Positions 8,471 to 18,669 of a DNA stretch of 64,000 nucleotides are shown piece after piece. The notes beneath the pieces were generated by a model. It was not told the DNA's origin and ran no database searches. It saw nothing but the letters and a program-made list of their open reading frames with translations. Source of the DNA: an uncultured bacterium (GTDB lineage: Bacteria > Actinomycetota > Acidimicrobiia > Spongiisociales > ZC4RG35); NCBI GenBank assembly GCA_963745865.1, contig CAVUYZ010000003.1, positions 467,809 to 531,808 on the forward strand, written 5' to 3'. Position 1 is the first letter of the stretch; the number at the start of each line of letters is the position of its first letter. Both the position numbers and the translations under genes were made by a program.

Positions 8471-9694
8471 TCAGTCGAGTTCGCCGAGGATCGTGGTCTG
8501 ATCGAGGGCGAACTGCTGGGCGACCGATGCGAGTGAGGTCTCGAGGCCATCGCCGAGGTCCGTGGCCTGTTGCTCGAGCTGTGCGATCAGCTCACCGGCG
8601 GCAACGGTGTCACTCGAACGCAACGCGTCGAGATAGTCGGCTTGCCAGGCGGGCAGCGAGTCAGTCAGGGCAGCGACCGCTGCCCGATGGTCGGCGATGC
8701 CAGGAGCGTCGGGCAGTGACGCCGACATCGACAGGAAGCGGCTGACCCAGGTGGCGGTCTGCTCTGCGACCCTGGCCAGGTCCGTATCAGTTGCTTCGAA
8801 CGGGAACGCAGGTCGGTTCAGCATCACCGAGACACTGGAGGCGTATGCGCTGACTCGCGACATGTCGCGTGACAGTTCGAGGGAACGATCGGATGTTGCG
8901 ATCAGCGATCGTCGCAGCTCGGCCTGGTCACCGTCGGCCGGGAGTTCTGCAGCGGCGGTGAAGGTCGAGCGGGATGCATCGTCCACGGCGCTGATCGTGC
9001 GGGCCAGCAGATCCGGATCGTCGATCGACCCGTCGCGGAGATCGTCGATCGACTGGCCGGCGTCGGTGAGCGATGTCGCCAGTTCCGTCGTGGCGGTGTC
9101 GACCTCGGCGAGGCGGGTCGCGAGCGTGGCGTCGCCGCGTCCTGTGAGAAACCAGCTGGCGGCTCCGATGACCGCAACGGCGATCACGATCAAGGTGCTG
9201 AAGAGGACTCTGCGGGCGACGACCTGCACATCTGTATCGATGGTCCCTGGTATCCACCCTTCGATGATGTCCGACGTCGATGACTGATCCGCCCACAACG
9301 TGGCGACGAGGTGGTTGGTCGGCACCAGGTCGACTGGCTCCGGACGCTCGGCCAAGGCCACAGCGCTCCTCGACGCAATCGGTTGCTCGGCGACCGCACG
9401 TGGCGCGGGATCTGCCAGCGCAGGCATCGCTGGGAGCCTCGGGATCGGTGCGGGAATCTCTTCGGTTCGCAAGTCGAGGGCAAAGAACTCGGGATGGGCT
9501 TCGACCGGGGGAGAGGGAGGCATCGGCGCTGGGATCGTTGGTCCCGATCGTCCGACTCGTCGTGATTTCAGCCGACGCCCGGACGAGGAACTGACGGTTG
9601 CCGGGTCGATGCGGTGGTCGAGGAGGCAACGTCCGTCGACGACCGTGACCTGGGCTTCGCAGCCGGTACAGTACGCGTGTGCCAAAATCTTCAT
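8471..9694 (-). CDS. Hypothetical membrane-anchored protein (N-terminal CxxC..CxxxH, Pro-rich linker, TM helix, helical C-terminus)
   Basis: Long ORF with normal codon style; YCTGC...RCLLDH; hydrophobic stretch VLFSTLIVIAVAVIGAASWFL. Confidence 0.7.
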   Translation of the reverse strand: MKILAHAYCTGCEAQVTVVDGRCLLDHRIDPATVSSSSGRRLKSRRVGRSGPTIPAPMPPSPPVEAHPEFFALDLRTEEIPAPIPRLPAMPALADPAPRAVAEQPIASRSAVALAERPEPVDLVPTNHLVATLWADQSSTSDIIEGWIPGTIDTDVQVVARRVLFSTLIVIAVAVIGAASWFLTGRGDATLATRLAEVDTATTELATSLTDAGQSIDDLRDGSIDDPDLLARTISAVDDASRSTFTAAAELPADGDQAELRRSLIATSDRSLELSRDMSRVSAYASSVSVMLNRPAFPFEATDTDLARVAEQTATWVSRFLSMSASLPDAPGIADHRAAVAALTDSLPAWQADYLDALRSSDTVAAGELIAQLEQQATDLGDGLETSLASVAQQFALDQTTILGELD

Positions 9695-9737
9695 CTCCGT
9701 GGTTGATCCGCCCGGATGCCCCACGAATTGTGCCGGT

Positions 9738-10166
9738 ATGAAGGTTACCTTCAAACGCCTCGATATGGAACTACCTCCACCCGAAAACGCCCGCAAGGGC
9801 GACGCCGGGTTCGATCTCAGAGCGGCGGCCGATGTCGACCTCGCTCCCGGTGAGCGGGCGGCGGTGCCGACCGGTCTCGCGATCGCGTTCCCGGAAGGCC
9901 ATGCGGCCTTCGTGCTTCCCCGGTCCGGGCTCGCTGTCCGATTCGGGCTGGGTCTGGTCAATTCACCGGGTCTGATCGACTCGGGATATCGGGGCGAGAT
10001 CAAGGTGCTCCTGATCAATCACGGGTCGGAGTCGGTACACCTCGAGCGAGGTGAGCGAATCGCTCAGATGATGTTTGTCGGACTGCCGCAGGTGTCCTGG
10101 TCGGAGGTCGACTCGCTGCCAGACAGCCACCGGGGAGAAGGGGGTTTTGGCTCTTCTGGCACCTGA
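9738..10166 (+). CDS. dut: dUTP pyrophosphatase
   Basis: GDAGFDL, PRSGLA, GLIDSGYRGEI, RGEGGFGSSG. Confidence 0.97.
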   Translation: MKVTFKRLDMELPPPENARKGDAGFDLRAAADVDLAPGERAAVPTGLAIAFPEGHAAFVLPRSGLAVRFGLGLVNSPGLIDSGYRGEIKVLLINHGSESVHLERGERIAQMMFVGLPQVSWSEVDSLPDSHRGEGGFGSSGT

Positions 10167-10213
10167 TCGAGGTTGGTGGACAACCTGGGCCTTCGGCTAA
10201 CATCCGGCCCCGT

Positions 10214-10289
10214 GCGGAAGTAGCTCAGTTGGTAGAGCGCAACCTTGCCAAGGTTGAGGTCGCGGGTTCGAATCCCGTCTTCCGCTCCA
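10214..10289 (+). tRNA. tRNA-Gly (GCC)
   Basis: Cloverleaf GCGGAAG...CTTCCGC-TCCA, anticodon loop TTGCCAA, GTTCGAA T loop. Confidence 0.97.
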
Positions 10290-10329
10290 AGGCCGGACTC
10301 GTCCGGTGCTTGGATCCGTCATGGATCAC

Positions 10330-10403
10330 GGCGACGTGGCCGAGTGGTTAGGCACGGGTCTGCAAAACCTGTTACCCCGGTTCAATTCCGGGCGTCGCCT
10401 CCA
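10330..10403 (+). tRNA. tRNA-Cys (GCA)
   Basis: GGCGACG...CGTCGCC-TCCA, anticodon loop CTGCAAA. Confidence 0.95.
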
Positions 10404-10415
10404 ATTCAACTTCCC

Positions 10416-10490
10416 GGGCCCTTAGCTCAGCGGGAGAGCGCTTCCCTGACACGGAAGAGGTCACTGGTTCAATCCCAGTAGGGCCCACCA
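10416..10490 (+). tRNA. tRNA-Val (GAC)
   Basis: GGGCCCT...AGGGCCC-ACCA, anticodon loop CTGACAC. Confidence 0.96.
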
Positions 10491-10524
10491 CCGAAAACCC
10501 CCCGTTCCCACTGGGGGTTTTCGG
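10491..10524 (+). terminator. Terminator hairpin after the tRNA cluster
   Basis: CCGAAAACCCCC...GGGGGTTTTCGG. Confidence 0.75.
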
Positions 10525-10542
10525 CTATCTGGCCGGGCGATG
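10497..10542 (+). repeat. 46-bp direct repeat, copy 1 (att-like)
   Basis: 43/46 identical to 13696-13741. Confidence 0.85.
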
Positions 10543-10660
10543 TGGGGGCAATTCCCGGTCAACCCCACAAGAACCCCACAGCCGCCTTCTCGATTGCTTA
10601 GTCGCAACCGGGCTACCCGAAGGCTCCACATCCGCTCCATCACCAATACCCAGGCTGGAC

Positions 10661-10810
10661 TCGTTCGAGTTGATGATGGAGGGCGTGCGGGTGCCGGTGA
10701 TCCAGCGGCAACTGGGGCATGCGTCGCTGGCGACGACGGACCGGTACCTGTCGCACCTGGCACCGAAGGATGTGGTAGAGGCGACGCAGCGTCGGGAGTG
10801 GACGCCCTGA
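10661..10810 (+). pseudogene. Tyrosine recombinase/integrase C-terminal remnant
   Basis: Manual translation: SFELMMEGVRVPVIQRQLGHASLATTDRYLSHLAPKDVVEA (box II LGH and catalytic Tyr). Confidence 0.85.
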
Positions 10811-11326
10811 CCGTCGGAAAGCCGTCACGCGGTGTCACGGGTGCCGGAGCATTGTTCGCGAATCTCAGCAGTCGTCGCAGAGCAAGGAAGCACAGTTGGT
10901 AGGAGTGCGTGACGTGCGTGACGCGGTCGCCCACTTCGAGGGAGTGGCCTTTTGGCTTCTTCGAGGTCGAGTGCGTGCGGGCGGGCCGCTCCACCATATA
11001 GCGAATCGGTCGTATCTCGACGCCGTGCTGGCGAGGTTTCCTGGAATCAGAAATCGAAACGGATCGCCTGGTCGAGCGGGGGGATGGGGCGTGCCGCCTC
11101 CGACCACATCCACAGGAAGCGTCGCTGAGCGAGCAGAGCCTCCATCCCACAGCCGGAGCGACGCGTGACCTAGGGCGGACTCACATGCACTAACTGCGGC
11201 CCAGGGGCATCGTGACATTCGACGTACGCCCGTTGTCTATAGACACAGACCCGCCAATCACCCATAGTGGTGGTGAGAGAGGGCAACCCTCTTCGGGTGC
11301 CTTAGCTACACGGGGGGAGGCTGTTC

Positions 11327-12667
11327 ATGCGTGCACGACTTTCTGTTCTTCTGGTCTCTGTGCTGGTTCTGTCGGTGGCGTCGTCGCCTGCCGGTGGAGT
11401 ATCGGGGTTTGGTGATGTCGATGCCGACAAGTACTTCACCGAGCCGGTGCAGTGGATGGTCGACAACTCCATTACCGGGGGTACTAGCCCCACCTGCTTC
11501 TCACCTGGTGACCCTGTGACTCGGGGTCAGGCAGCCGCCTTTTTGTGGCGTATGGAGGATTCCCCAACGGGGTCACCACCTCATACGTTCACTGATGTGA
11601 TCGCCGCCTGGCAACAAGTCCCGGTGTCATGGATGGTTGACAACGACATCACTACCGGTACCACCACTACGACCTATTCGCCTGACGATCCTGTTACTCG
11701 CGGTCAGGTTGCAGCCTTCCTGTGGCGTTTGGCAGGCTCACCTGTGGCTCCACCACCGACCCAGTTCACTGATGTGGTCAAATCGTGGCAGATAACACCG
11801 GTCGGCTGGATGGTGCAACAGGAGATCACGACAGGTACTTCAACGTCGGAGTTCTCACCTGAGGACATTGTCACTAGGGGGCAGGTAGCGACATTTCTCT
11901 ACCGGTACAAAGGTTCACCGGCAGTCGTAGTAGACCCCAACCATCCCGCCATTCCCGTCTGTTCAGCTCAGGTACCGGGACCGGCCACCACCGGCACGCT
12001 GAACATCCTCACAGACACCACCCTCATCCAAAACCACAACGGCGAGATCGATATTGGTGCCGACAATGTCATCTTGGACTGTGCCGGACACAGCGTGACT
12101 GGAAAAGGGTCGGGCACCGGAATCAACGTTGACGGTCGGACCGGCGTTACCGTCCGCAGATGCCATGTGTCGGGCTTCGAGCTTGGGGTCGTACTCAGCA
12201 GTTCGAGCTCCAACATCATCGATGGGAACTGGGTTCAAGAGAACGGCCTGCCAGGAGGACTCTCGATAGGAATCCTCCTGACGGGTTCGCCCGACAACAA
12301 GATCAGTAACAATGCGGTGACCGGCAACGGCGCCGACGGAATTGCTATCGGCTCGTCCTCGGACGGCAACACCATCAGCGACAACAACGTAACGGGTAAC
12401 GGGATACACGGGATTTCCTTGCAGAATGCCGACAACAACACCCTGATTGGCAACGAATCCCGTGACAACGAAGCCGTTGGGATTTGGGTGGCCAAGTCGC
12501 TCGGCAACACCGTGACCGAGAACTCGGCCACCGGGAACGGGCAGTTCGGAATAGATGACAGCTCGACCGGCGGGACCGGCGACGCCGGAACCGACAACAA
12601 CTACACCAACAACACATGCAGTGGAAACGGCCAAGGTAACTCTTTGCCCTACGGTCTCTGCTGGTAG
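11327..12667 (+). CDS. Secreted protein with three SLH-like domains and a right-handed parallel beta-helix (NosD-like) domain
   Basis: Signal peptide; three F(G/T)DV...SP.DxVTRGQxA repeats; Asn/Gly-rich N(T/K)IxxN repeats; visibly lower GC than its flanks. Confidence 0.85.
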   Translation: MRARLSVLLVSVLVLSVASSPAGGVSGFGDVDADKYFTEPVQWMVDNSITGGTSPTCFSPGDPVTRGQAAAFLWRMEDSPTGSPPHTFTDVIAAWQQVPVSWMVDNDITTGTTTTTYSPDDPVTRGQVAAFLWRLAGSPVAPPPTQFTDVVKSWQITPVGWMVQQEITTGTSTSEFSPEDIVTRGQVATFLYRYKGSPAVVVDPNHPAIPVCSAQVPGPATTGTLNILTDTTLIQNHNGEIDIGADNVILDCAGHSVTGKGSGTGINVDGRTGVTVRRCHVSGFELGVVLSSSSSNIIDGNWVQENGLPGGLSIGILLTGSPDNKISNNAVTGNGADGIAIGSSSDGNTISDNNVTGNGIHGISLQNADNNTLIGNESRDNEAVGIWVAKSLGNTVTENSATGNGQFGIDDSSTGGTGDAGTDNNYTNNTCSGNGQGNSLPYGLCW

Positions 12668-12984
12668 GGGTTATCCGACCGCAGGCCGAAGGACGACAGG
12701 CCGTACATGACCGGGATGCCGGTCGTGGAGCAGGCGGGGAGATGCGGCTACGGCGGGTCATATCGACCCGGCATCTACGGCTCTCAGATCTGGACCGTGA
12801 ACCCAAGTCAGTGGTTCGTCGCTTCGTACCAAGAGGACTCTGGCCAACCAGATGACACACCTATCGGCTTGATGCCGGCAGTGTCAACACCTTGGGCGCA
12901 ACTCGCCACTGTCGACCTATGCATCCGTGTGGCCCGGAGAGCCTTGGGTATGTTCAATGGAGGATCAACCGAAAGGACCATCAC

Positions 12985-13344
12985 GTGAACTTCGACGCTG
13001 TTCTTGAGATTGAGAAGTCGTTTTGGAGAAGCTCCGGCGACCAGGATTTCTATGAGTCGCACGTGGCCGACGACGGCAAATTCGTCCTGTCCATGGGCGT
13101 GATGGGAAAGCGTGAGGTGGTGGAAGCCATGGGTCGTGCCGAGCCCTGGGTGTCATTCGAGATTCTCGATCCATCACTGATTCCAATCGCTGAAGGTGTG
13201 ATCGGACTCGTCTACGCGGCGACCGGCCAGAGGGACGGAGACAGCGACGAATACCGGGCCAATATTCTCAGTGTCTACAAGAGAGCCAATGGAACGTGGC
13301 AGCTGGTCCTGCATCAACAAACTCCTCTGGGCTCTGAGTCTTGA
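12985..13344 (+). CDS. NTF2-like/DUF4440 protein
   Basis: C-terminal SVYKRANGTWQLVLHQQT; RBS GAAAGGA before GTG. Confidence 0.8.
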   Translation: MNFDAVLEIEKSFWRSSGDQDFYESHVADDGKFVLSMGVMGKREVVEAMGRAEPWVSFEILDPSLIPIAEGVIGLVYAATGQRDGDSDEYRANILSVYKRANGTWQLVLHQQTPLGSES

Positions 13345-13621
13345 CGTCTCTTCCGCAGCTTTGGTCGTCTCGAGGAACGCAAGTCGGCGTGTCGCTCATA
13401 TCGCCTACCACGCCGATGGCCCCACCGACCACCACGCCCCAGAGAGCCTCGCTCATATGCCGAGGATAGGAGCCAGCGACCCTGGGACGGGCACTCACTG
13501 CGGGATATCGGCACCTCGAGGATCGGCCTCGAAGCGAATTGGAAAACAGCACAATATGGCATCGCTCCAATTGGGGCGTGCAGTGCGACGAAAACCGGGC
13601 GATTCGGCGTCCGGCTCAATA

Positions 13622-13655
13622 GGAGAGGGGCCGCACCTGAGTGCGGCCCCTCTCC
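13622..13655. terminator. Perfect 15-bp inverted repeat (probable terminator)
   Basis: GGAGAGGGGCCGCAC-CTGA-GTGCGGCCCCTCTCC. Confidence 0.7.
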
Positions 13656-13695
13656 AGTGGTTGAGTTTCCCACACGAGAAACCCAACCTATCCAG

Positions 13696-13741
13696 ACCCC
13701 GCGTTCCCACTGGGGGTCATCGGCTATCTGGCCGGGCGATG
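13696..13741 (+). repeat. 46-bp direct repeat, copy 2 (att-like)
   Basis: 43/46 identical to 10497-10542. Confidence 0.85.
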
Positions 13742-13742
13742 C

Positions 13743-13970
13743 GTGTTGGAGCACTCGCCACCGACGCCAATGTCAGGAGCCGTCGAGCGCTTCAACGAGG
13801 GAGGTACGTGGATTGGTGACTGGACTGGCGAGATCACCTCAACCAGGAATCACATCATCGACGCCGTCCTCGTAGGCACCGGCGAGTACGAAGGACTCGA
13901 ATATGGGGTGCAGTGGGAAGGTGTGGAGTTTCCATGGACCATCACGGGAACGATTCGGGAATCCGGATAG
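13743..13970 (+). pseudogene. 3' fragment of a hypothetical gene
   Basis: Protein-like frame (NEGGTWIGDW...GTGEYEGL) starting right at the repeat junction, no RBS. Confidence 0.5.
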
Positions 13971-14158
13971 GAAGCCTCCCAGCTCCGGCAACTGGGGAGG
14001 CGTGGGGTTGACGAGGGCGCCGAGACGAGGCGTCTTCGAGGTCGGGATCGTCTGCCTCCACGGGGAGCCGGCCACCTGACCCGACCAGGTCGACCGTTAC
14101 GTTGATCGAAGAGCTCCGCCGATGGGGAATGGGTTCGCTACGTCAGGTGGGGTCGCCC

Positions 14159-14557
14159 TCAGTCGATGTCTGACGCCTCGACTTCGGCTGCGAGCCCGTC
14201 CAACTCTCCGAGCGACGGGCGGTGATTGAGCACCTTGAGGCCCGCGAGCAGTTCGGGGTGGCTGGTCGCCTGATCAGGGCGCACGACCACCCAGATCGGG
14301 ACGTCTTCGCGGAGGCTCTCTTTGTACTTCTCCAGAATCGATCGGTGCTGGGGGCGGTCGAGGTCGAGTTCGAACACCACTCCGTGCGCGTCTTCGGCGA
14401 TCGGGCATCCCTCACCTGAGAGGATCGGACACAGCGTGCCCGTGTCAGGGCCATGGCAGACCAGCACTTCATGCCCGAGATGTTCGAGGAAGTCGGCCTC
14501 GTCAGGGGGCCCTGACGCATCGAACAGGATCGGACTGCGTTTCTGCTCATCGGCCAT
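14159..14557 (-). CDS. Hypothetical protein with C-x8-C-x7-C motif
   Basis: RBS GAGAGGAG; LVCHGPDTGTLCPILSGEGCPI. Confidence 0.7.
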   Translation of the reverse strand: MADEQKRSPILFDASGPPDEADFLEHLGHEVLVCHGPDTGTLCPILSGEGCPIAEDAHGVVFELDLDRPQHRSILEKYKESLREDVPIWVVVRPDQATSHPELLAGLKVLNHRPSLGELDGLAAEVEASDID

Positions 14558-14726
14558 CCGAGAGCTCCTCTCATCGTTCTCTCCATCTCGACCCGCCGCG
14601 GCCCGTCGATACAAGGGCACTATGTCACTTTCCTGGCCTGTCGCTGTTTGTCCGAAGGTCGCAAAGCATGTCGTGCGACGGGGTGGGCTGCCTGCCACGG
14701 GAGGCGTCGCTGGGCGGCGGACCCGA

Positions 14727-15113
14727 TCAGAACATCGTGTTGTCGTTGGCGGATTCGGTCGGAACGGGCTGAAGCACATCCCAATGTTCGACGACCTTCC
14801 CGTTGTCGTCGAATCGGAAGATGTCGATCCCCGCGTACTCGTCATCCGGCCAGATCTGGTGGCAGTGGAGCACGACGAAGTCGCCGTCGGCGATCACTCG
14901 CTTGAACTCGACCCGTTTCCCCGGATACTCGGCCGCCATCCGTTCGAAATAGTCGATGAAGGCCTGTTTACCGTCCGCGACATGCGGATTGTGCTGGCGG
15001 TATTCGGACCCGGCAAAGCGTTCGATGGCTTCGGCGGGACGATTCTCGTTGAACATCAGGTCGTAGAACGCCACCGCGTTCGCCTTGTTTCGTTCGAGCG
15101 TTTCGTTGGTCAT
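14727..15113 (-). CDS. SnoaL-like/NTF2 family protein
   Basis: [37 protein letters not shown]. Confidence 0.9.
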   Translation of the reverse strand: MTNETLERNKANAVAFYDLMFNENRPAEAIERFAGSEYRQHNPHVADGKQAFIDYFERMAAEYPGKRVEFKRVIADGDFVVLHCHQIWPDDEYAGIDIFRFDDNGKVVEHWDVLQPVPTESANDNTMF

Positions 15114-15217
15114 AGGCCATGCAACGCCCTGAGGGAGCGTTGTATGCCGGCGCTCCCCGCCCCAGCTTCCTCACGGAACCGCGAGCGAGGCAATGGCCCT
15201 GTGTCTACTGTCAGGTC

Positions 15218-15901
15218 ATGGACATCGTTCTCATCGCCGGTCTGTGGTTGCCCCGCTCGATCTGGGCCGACGTTTCCGACGAGCTGGAACGGCTCGGGCA
15301 CCGCCCGATGGCCGTGTCCCTCCCTGGCGTAGATGATGCCGATACCGCTGCAACTCTTGCCGATCAGGTGGCCGCGGTACTGCAGGCTGTCGACCACGCT
15401 GAGCGGCCAATGGTGGTGGGCCATTCGGCCGCGTGCACCCTTGCGTGGATGGTCGCCGATCAGCGAGCAGAGGCCATAGATCAGGTCGTCCTGGTCGGCG
15501 GATTCCCGGCGTCCCATGGCGAGGCCTACGCCGACTTCTTCCCGGCGGTCGATGGGGCCATGGCCTTTCCCGGTTGGGAGCCGTTCGAGGGCGCGGACTC
15601 GTCCGACCTCGACCTGGCTGCGCGGGAGCGCATCGCCTCGCTGGCGGTTCCCGTCCCTGAGAGCGTCGCTCACGGGGTGGTGCAGTTGAGCGACGACCGC
15701 CGTTTCGAGTTGCCAGTCCTTCTCGTGTGCCCCGAATACGGCCCCGACCAGGCCAGGGCGTGGATCGCCGGCGGTGACGTCCCCGAGCTGAGTTGGGCCA
15801 CCCAGATCGCCTACGCCGACATCGACTCCGGGCATTGGCCGATGGTCACCCGGCCCGTCGAATTGGCGGGGATTCTCAACGCTGCGGCCCAGGGCGACTG
15901 A
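15218..15901 (+). CDS. Alpha/beta hydrolase
   Basis: VVGHSAA nucleophile elbow, SGHWPM. Confidence 0.88.
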   Translation: MDIVLIAGLWLPRSIWADVSDELERLGHRPMAVSLPGVDDADTAATLADQVAAVLQAVDHAERPMVVGHSAACTLAWMVADQRAEAIDQVVLVGGFPASHGEAYADFFPAVDGAMAFPGWEPFEGADSSDLDLAARERIASLAVPVPESVAHGVVQLSDDRRFELPVLLVCPEYGPDQARAWIAGGDVPELSWATQIAYADIDSGHWPMVTRPVELAGILNAAAQGD

Positions 15902-15904
15902 GTT

Positions 15905-16474
15905 GTGGTGGCCCACGCGATTCGCCAGCTCGACGCCTCGACCTGGGACCTCTTTGCGGAGCTGGTCGAACGAAACGGCGGGATCTTCGGCGGATGTTGG
16001 TGCATCGGGTATCACCCCGAGTGCGGCCAGAAAGGGATCAGTCATCGTGACGTGAAGGAGGACCGAGTCCGCACCGACCGTGCGCACGCTGCGCTCGTCC
16101 TCGACGAAGACGGCTCCGCTCAGGGATGGTGTCAGTACGGCAGTGCCGAGGAGCTGTCCAATATCAAGCACCGCCGCAAATACGACCTGGACCCGCCCCC
16201 GATTCCAGATTGGCGAATCACCTGTATCTACGTGGATAGGAAGCATCGCGGTCAGGGGATCGCTCGGGCTGCGTTGGAGGGTGCGCTCGACCAGATTGCC
16301 CAGCGAGGAGGCGGACTCGTGGAAGCCATTCCCGAGATGACTGATGGCCGCGAAGCACAGGGGCGGTTCTTGTTCAGCGCCACCCTCGAACTGTTCGAGC
16401 AGTACGGCTTTGCCCGTGTCCGTCAGGTCGGCAAGCATGCCTGGATCGTGAGCAGGTCGATCGACGCTCGCTGA
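15905..16474 (+). CDS. GNAT family acetyltransferase
   Basis: GCWC, GWCQYG, RKHRGQGIA motif A. Confidence 0.88.
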   Translation: MVAHAIRQLDASTWDLFAELVERNGGIFGGCWCIGYHPECGQKGISHRDVKEDRVRTDRAHAALVLDEDGSAQGWCQYGSAEELSNIKHRRKYDLDPPPIPDWRITCIYVDRKHRGQGIARAALEGALDQIAQRGGGLVEAIPEMTDGREAQGRFLFSATLELFEQYGFARVRQVGKHAWIVSRSIDAR

Positions 16475-16531
16475 CTCACCGTGGCGTGGAGCGGTAGGGT
16501 CAGGGACCTACGGCTGGGGGTGACGTCGACG

Positions 16532-17020
16532 ATGAAGTACCGCAGTGCGGTTCTCACACTGGTCGGATTGATGACGGTTCTGAGCTCGTCATGTGCGCAG
16601 CCGGCGGATGAGGATGCCTCCTACGAGTCGCAGGAAGACCTGATCGCGGCATTGGACGACGGTGGGTTCCCGTGCACCCGTGTCGACGTGCGAGTCCGGG
16701 ATCGGGAGGATCAGGTGCTGGTCGATTCATCGCAGCGACATCGAGGCGCAGACACCTGATGACAAGGTACGATCTGACGCTCGGATGGTCGAAAACGAGC
16801 AGTCCCTGAAGGCGCGTGGCATCGGGGGTTGGGCGACGTGTTGGTGGGATGGTGGCCGCTTGGACGCATTCACTCACGAGACCGAGCAGGATCGGCTGAT
16901 CGCTCTGATCACGGGGTTTCGGTTCGGATGCGCTCCCGGTCCAGGGCTCGAACCCCGCCTATGTCCGGGGCACCGATTGGGTCGTGTCATCGGGTGACTT
17001 TGCCACCGGGGTCGGGGTGA
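16532..17020 (+). pseudogene. Frameshifted putative lipoprotein
   Basis: MKYR...LSSSC lipobox; protein-like sequence continues in other frames. Confidence 0.45.
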
Positions 17021-17300
17021 TGGACGACGTCGCGCCGCGATCGGAGGTCGAGCCAACGAGACGACCTGCGCCGACCTCGCATCGTTCCTCGACGGTGTGG
17101 CTGCCGAGGGGCTGGCGCTCTCCCATTGACCGTTGCTGAATTGATGGACGGTCTCGGGGAGCGTTGAGCAGATCGGTCCGCGATCGGCCTCGGAACCGTC
17201 ACGTTTGCCCATGTGGCCACTAAGAGTGGCTTTTCCCTCGCTTAGCGCAGTCTTATCGGTCGATGGGGCAATGTGTTGCCAACCGAGTGAGGAGCGCAAC

Positions 17301-17564
17301 GTGGCCAGTATCTGGATCGACACCGACGAATGCATGGGAGCCGGAACCTGTGAACAAGTGGCCCCAATCTTGTTTGCAGCCCGCAGTGACGGGACATGGG
17401 CGGTCAAAGAGGACGCGCAGTTCTTCGGCTCGACGACAGTCTTCGACGGTGTCTCCGCTCCTGAGGGATACGAGGGCCGAGCCCGCCTCCCTGAGCATCT
17501 GATCGACCTGGCCATTGATGCCGCCGAGGAATGCCCCGGCGAATGCATCTACGTGGAGGTGTGA
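17301..17564 (+). CDS. Ferredoxin ([3Fe-4S] type)
   Basis: CMGAGTC...CP; RBS GAGGAG. Confidence 0.9.
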   Translation: MASIWIDTDECMGAGTCEQVAPILFAARSDGTWAVKEDAQFFGSTTVFDGVSAPEGYEGRARLPEHLIDLAIDAAEECPGECIYVEV

Positions 17565-17566
17565 GC

Positions 17567-18343
17567 ATGGCAACCGACGCTCCCCGCCGCCCGAAGAAGA
17601 AGAGTGCCTCGAGCCTGACGCTCTCGGTCATCCTCGGAATCGCGCTCGTCCCGATAGCCGCAGTTGCGGCGACCCTGCTCTCAGGCGAGGACGTGACGCC
17701 GGCCGAAGCGACCGAGACGACTGTCGCCGCACCCCAACCCAGCCCTTCCATCGCCGAGATCGCCTATGCGAACGTCGAAGCAACCGCTGAAGATCTCGCC
17801 TATGCCTGTGGCGAAGGCGGGCTGTGGCTGGTCGACGCAGAATCCAGTGGCGAAATCACCCCGCTTCAGCAGGCCGCGCTCGATGCTCTGAGAGGGATCT
17901 GCGAGGGCCAGGGGACACCACTCCCCGGCAAGGCTGCTCCGCCGCCGATCATCGAGACCCGGACGGTGCGAGTCACCGTGCCGCCCCCGCCACTTCCGCC
18001 GACCACGGCAGCTGATGTGCTCGTCGATGCCAGCGATACGGTCTCGGAGACCTCGCCATCGGAGGGCGACGATCATGCTTCGGAGGAGACGGTCGCGACG
18101 ACGGAAACGACCGCTTCGATGGGAAGCTACGACAAGTACGTGTCGGTGTACAACCAGGCCGTCGAAGAAATCGACCGTGCGGTGTCGGAGGGTGGATCGC
18201 TCGAGAAGATCTCAGAGGCTCGCAAGAAGCTCGAAGAAGCGCAGCGGGCCGCGGACGCCGGGAACTATGCGGACGCCACGACACAGGCATATGAGGCGAT
18301 CGGGAAGGCTCGAGAGGCGACCGGCGAGCGGGACGACGACTGA
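17567..18343 (+). CDS. Membrane-anchored hypothetical protein
   Basis: N-terminal TM helix, two Cys, Pro/Thr linker, helical C-terminal domain; in operon. Confidence 0.75.
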   Translation: MATDAPRRPKKKSASSLTLSVILGIALVPIAAVAATLLSGEDVTPAEATETTVAAPQPSPSIAEIAYANVEATAEDLAYACGEGGLWLVDAESSGEITPLQQAALDALRGICEGQGTPLPGKAAPPPIIETRTVRVTVPPPPLPPTTAADVLVDASDTVSETSPSEGDDHASEETVATTETTASMGSYDKYVSVYNQAVEEIDRAVSEGGSLEKISEARKKLEEAQRAADAGNYADATTQAYEAIGKAREATGERDDD

Positions 18344-18669
18344 TGGCGACCTCGCACACGTCGATCGTTGCCGGCCTGACTGTCGCGGCTTTCGGGTTGC
18401 TCCCACTCGGGCTGCTGATGGTCGAATCGCAGGCGCCGGATACCGAGGTGGTTGCTCCGACGACGACCACCTCGGTCGTGACCACCATCGTCGAGGTGGC
18501 GCCTCCCGAAGTCGAAGGCCTCGATCCCCGTCTCGGACGGGTTCTGTACGCCTCGGGTTCGGCGCAGGGAGTCCGCGCCGGCGAGTCCGACGAATTGCCC
18601 GATCCGATCGTGAAGGTGCTCGGGTACTACGACGTCACGCTGACCGTTGAGATCGGAGACCAGCCATGA
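18343..18669 (+). CDS. Small membrane-anchored hypothetical protein
   Basis: TM helix plus Thr-rich linker; coupled overlaps on both sides. Confidence 0.7.
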   Translation: MATSHTSIVAGLTVAAFGLLPLGLLMVESQAPDTEVVAPTTTTSVVTTIVEVAPPEVEGLDPRLGRVLYASGSAQGVRAGESDELPDPIVKVLGYYDVTLTVEIGDQP

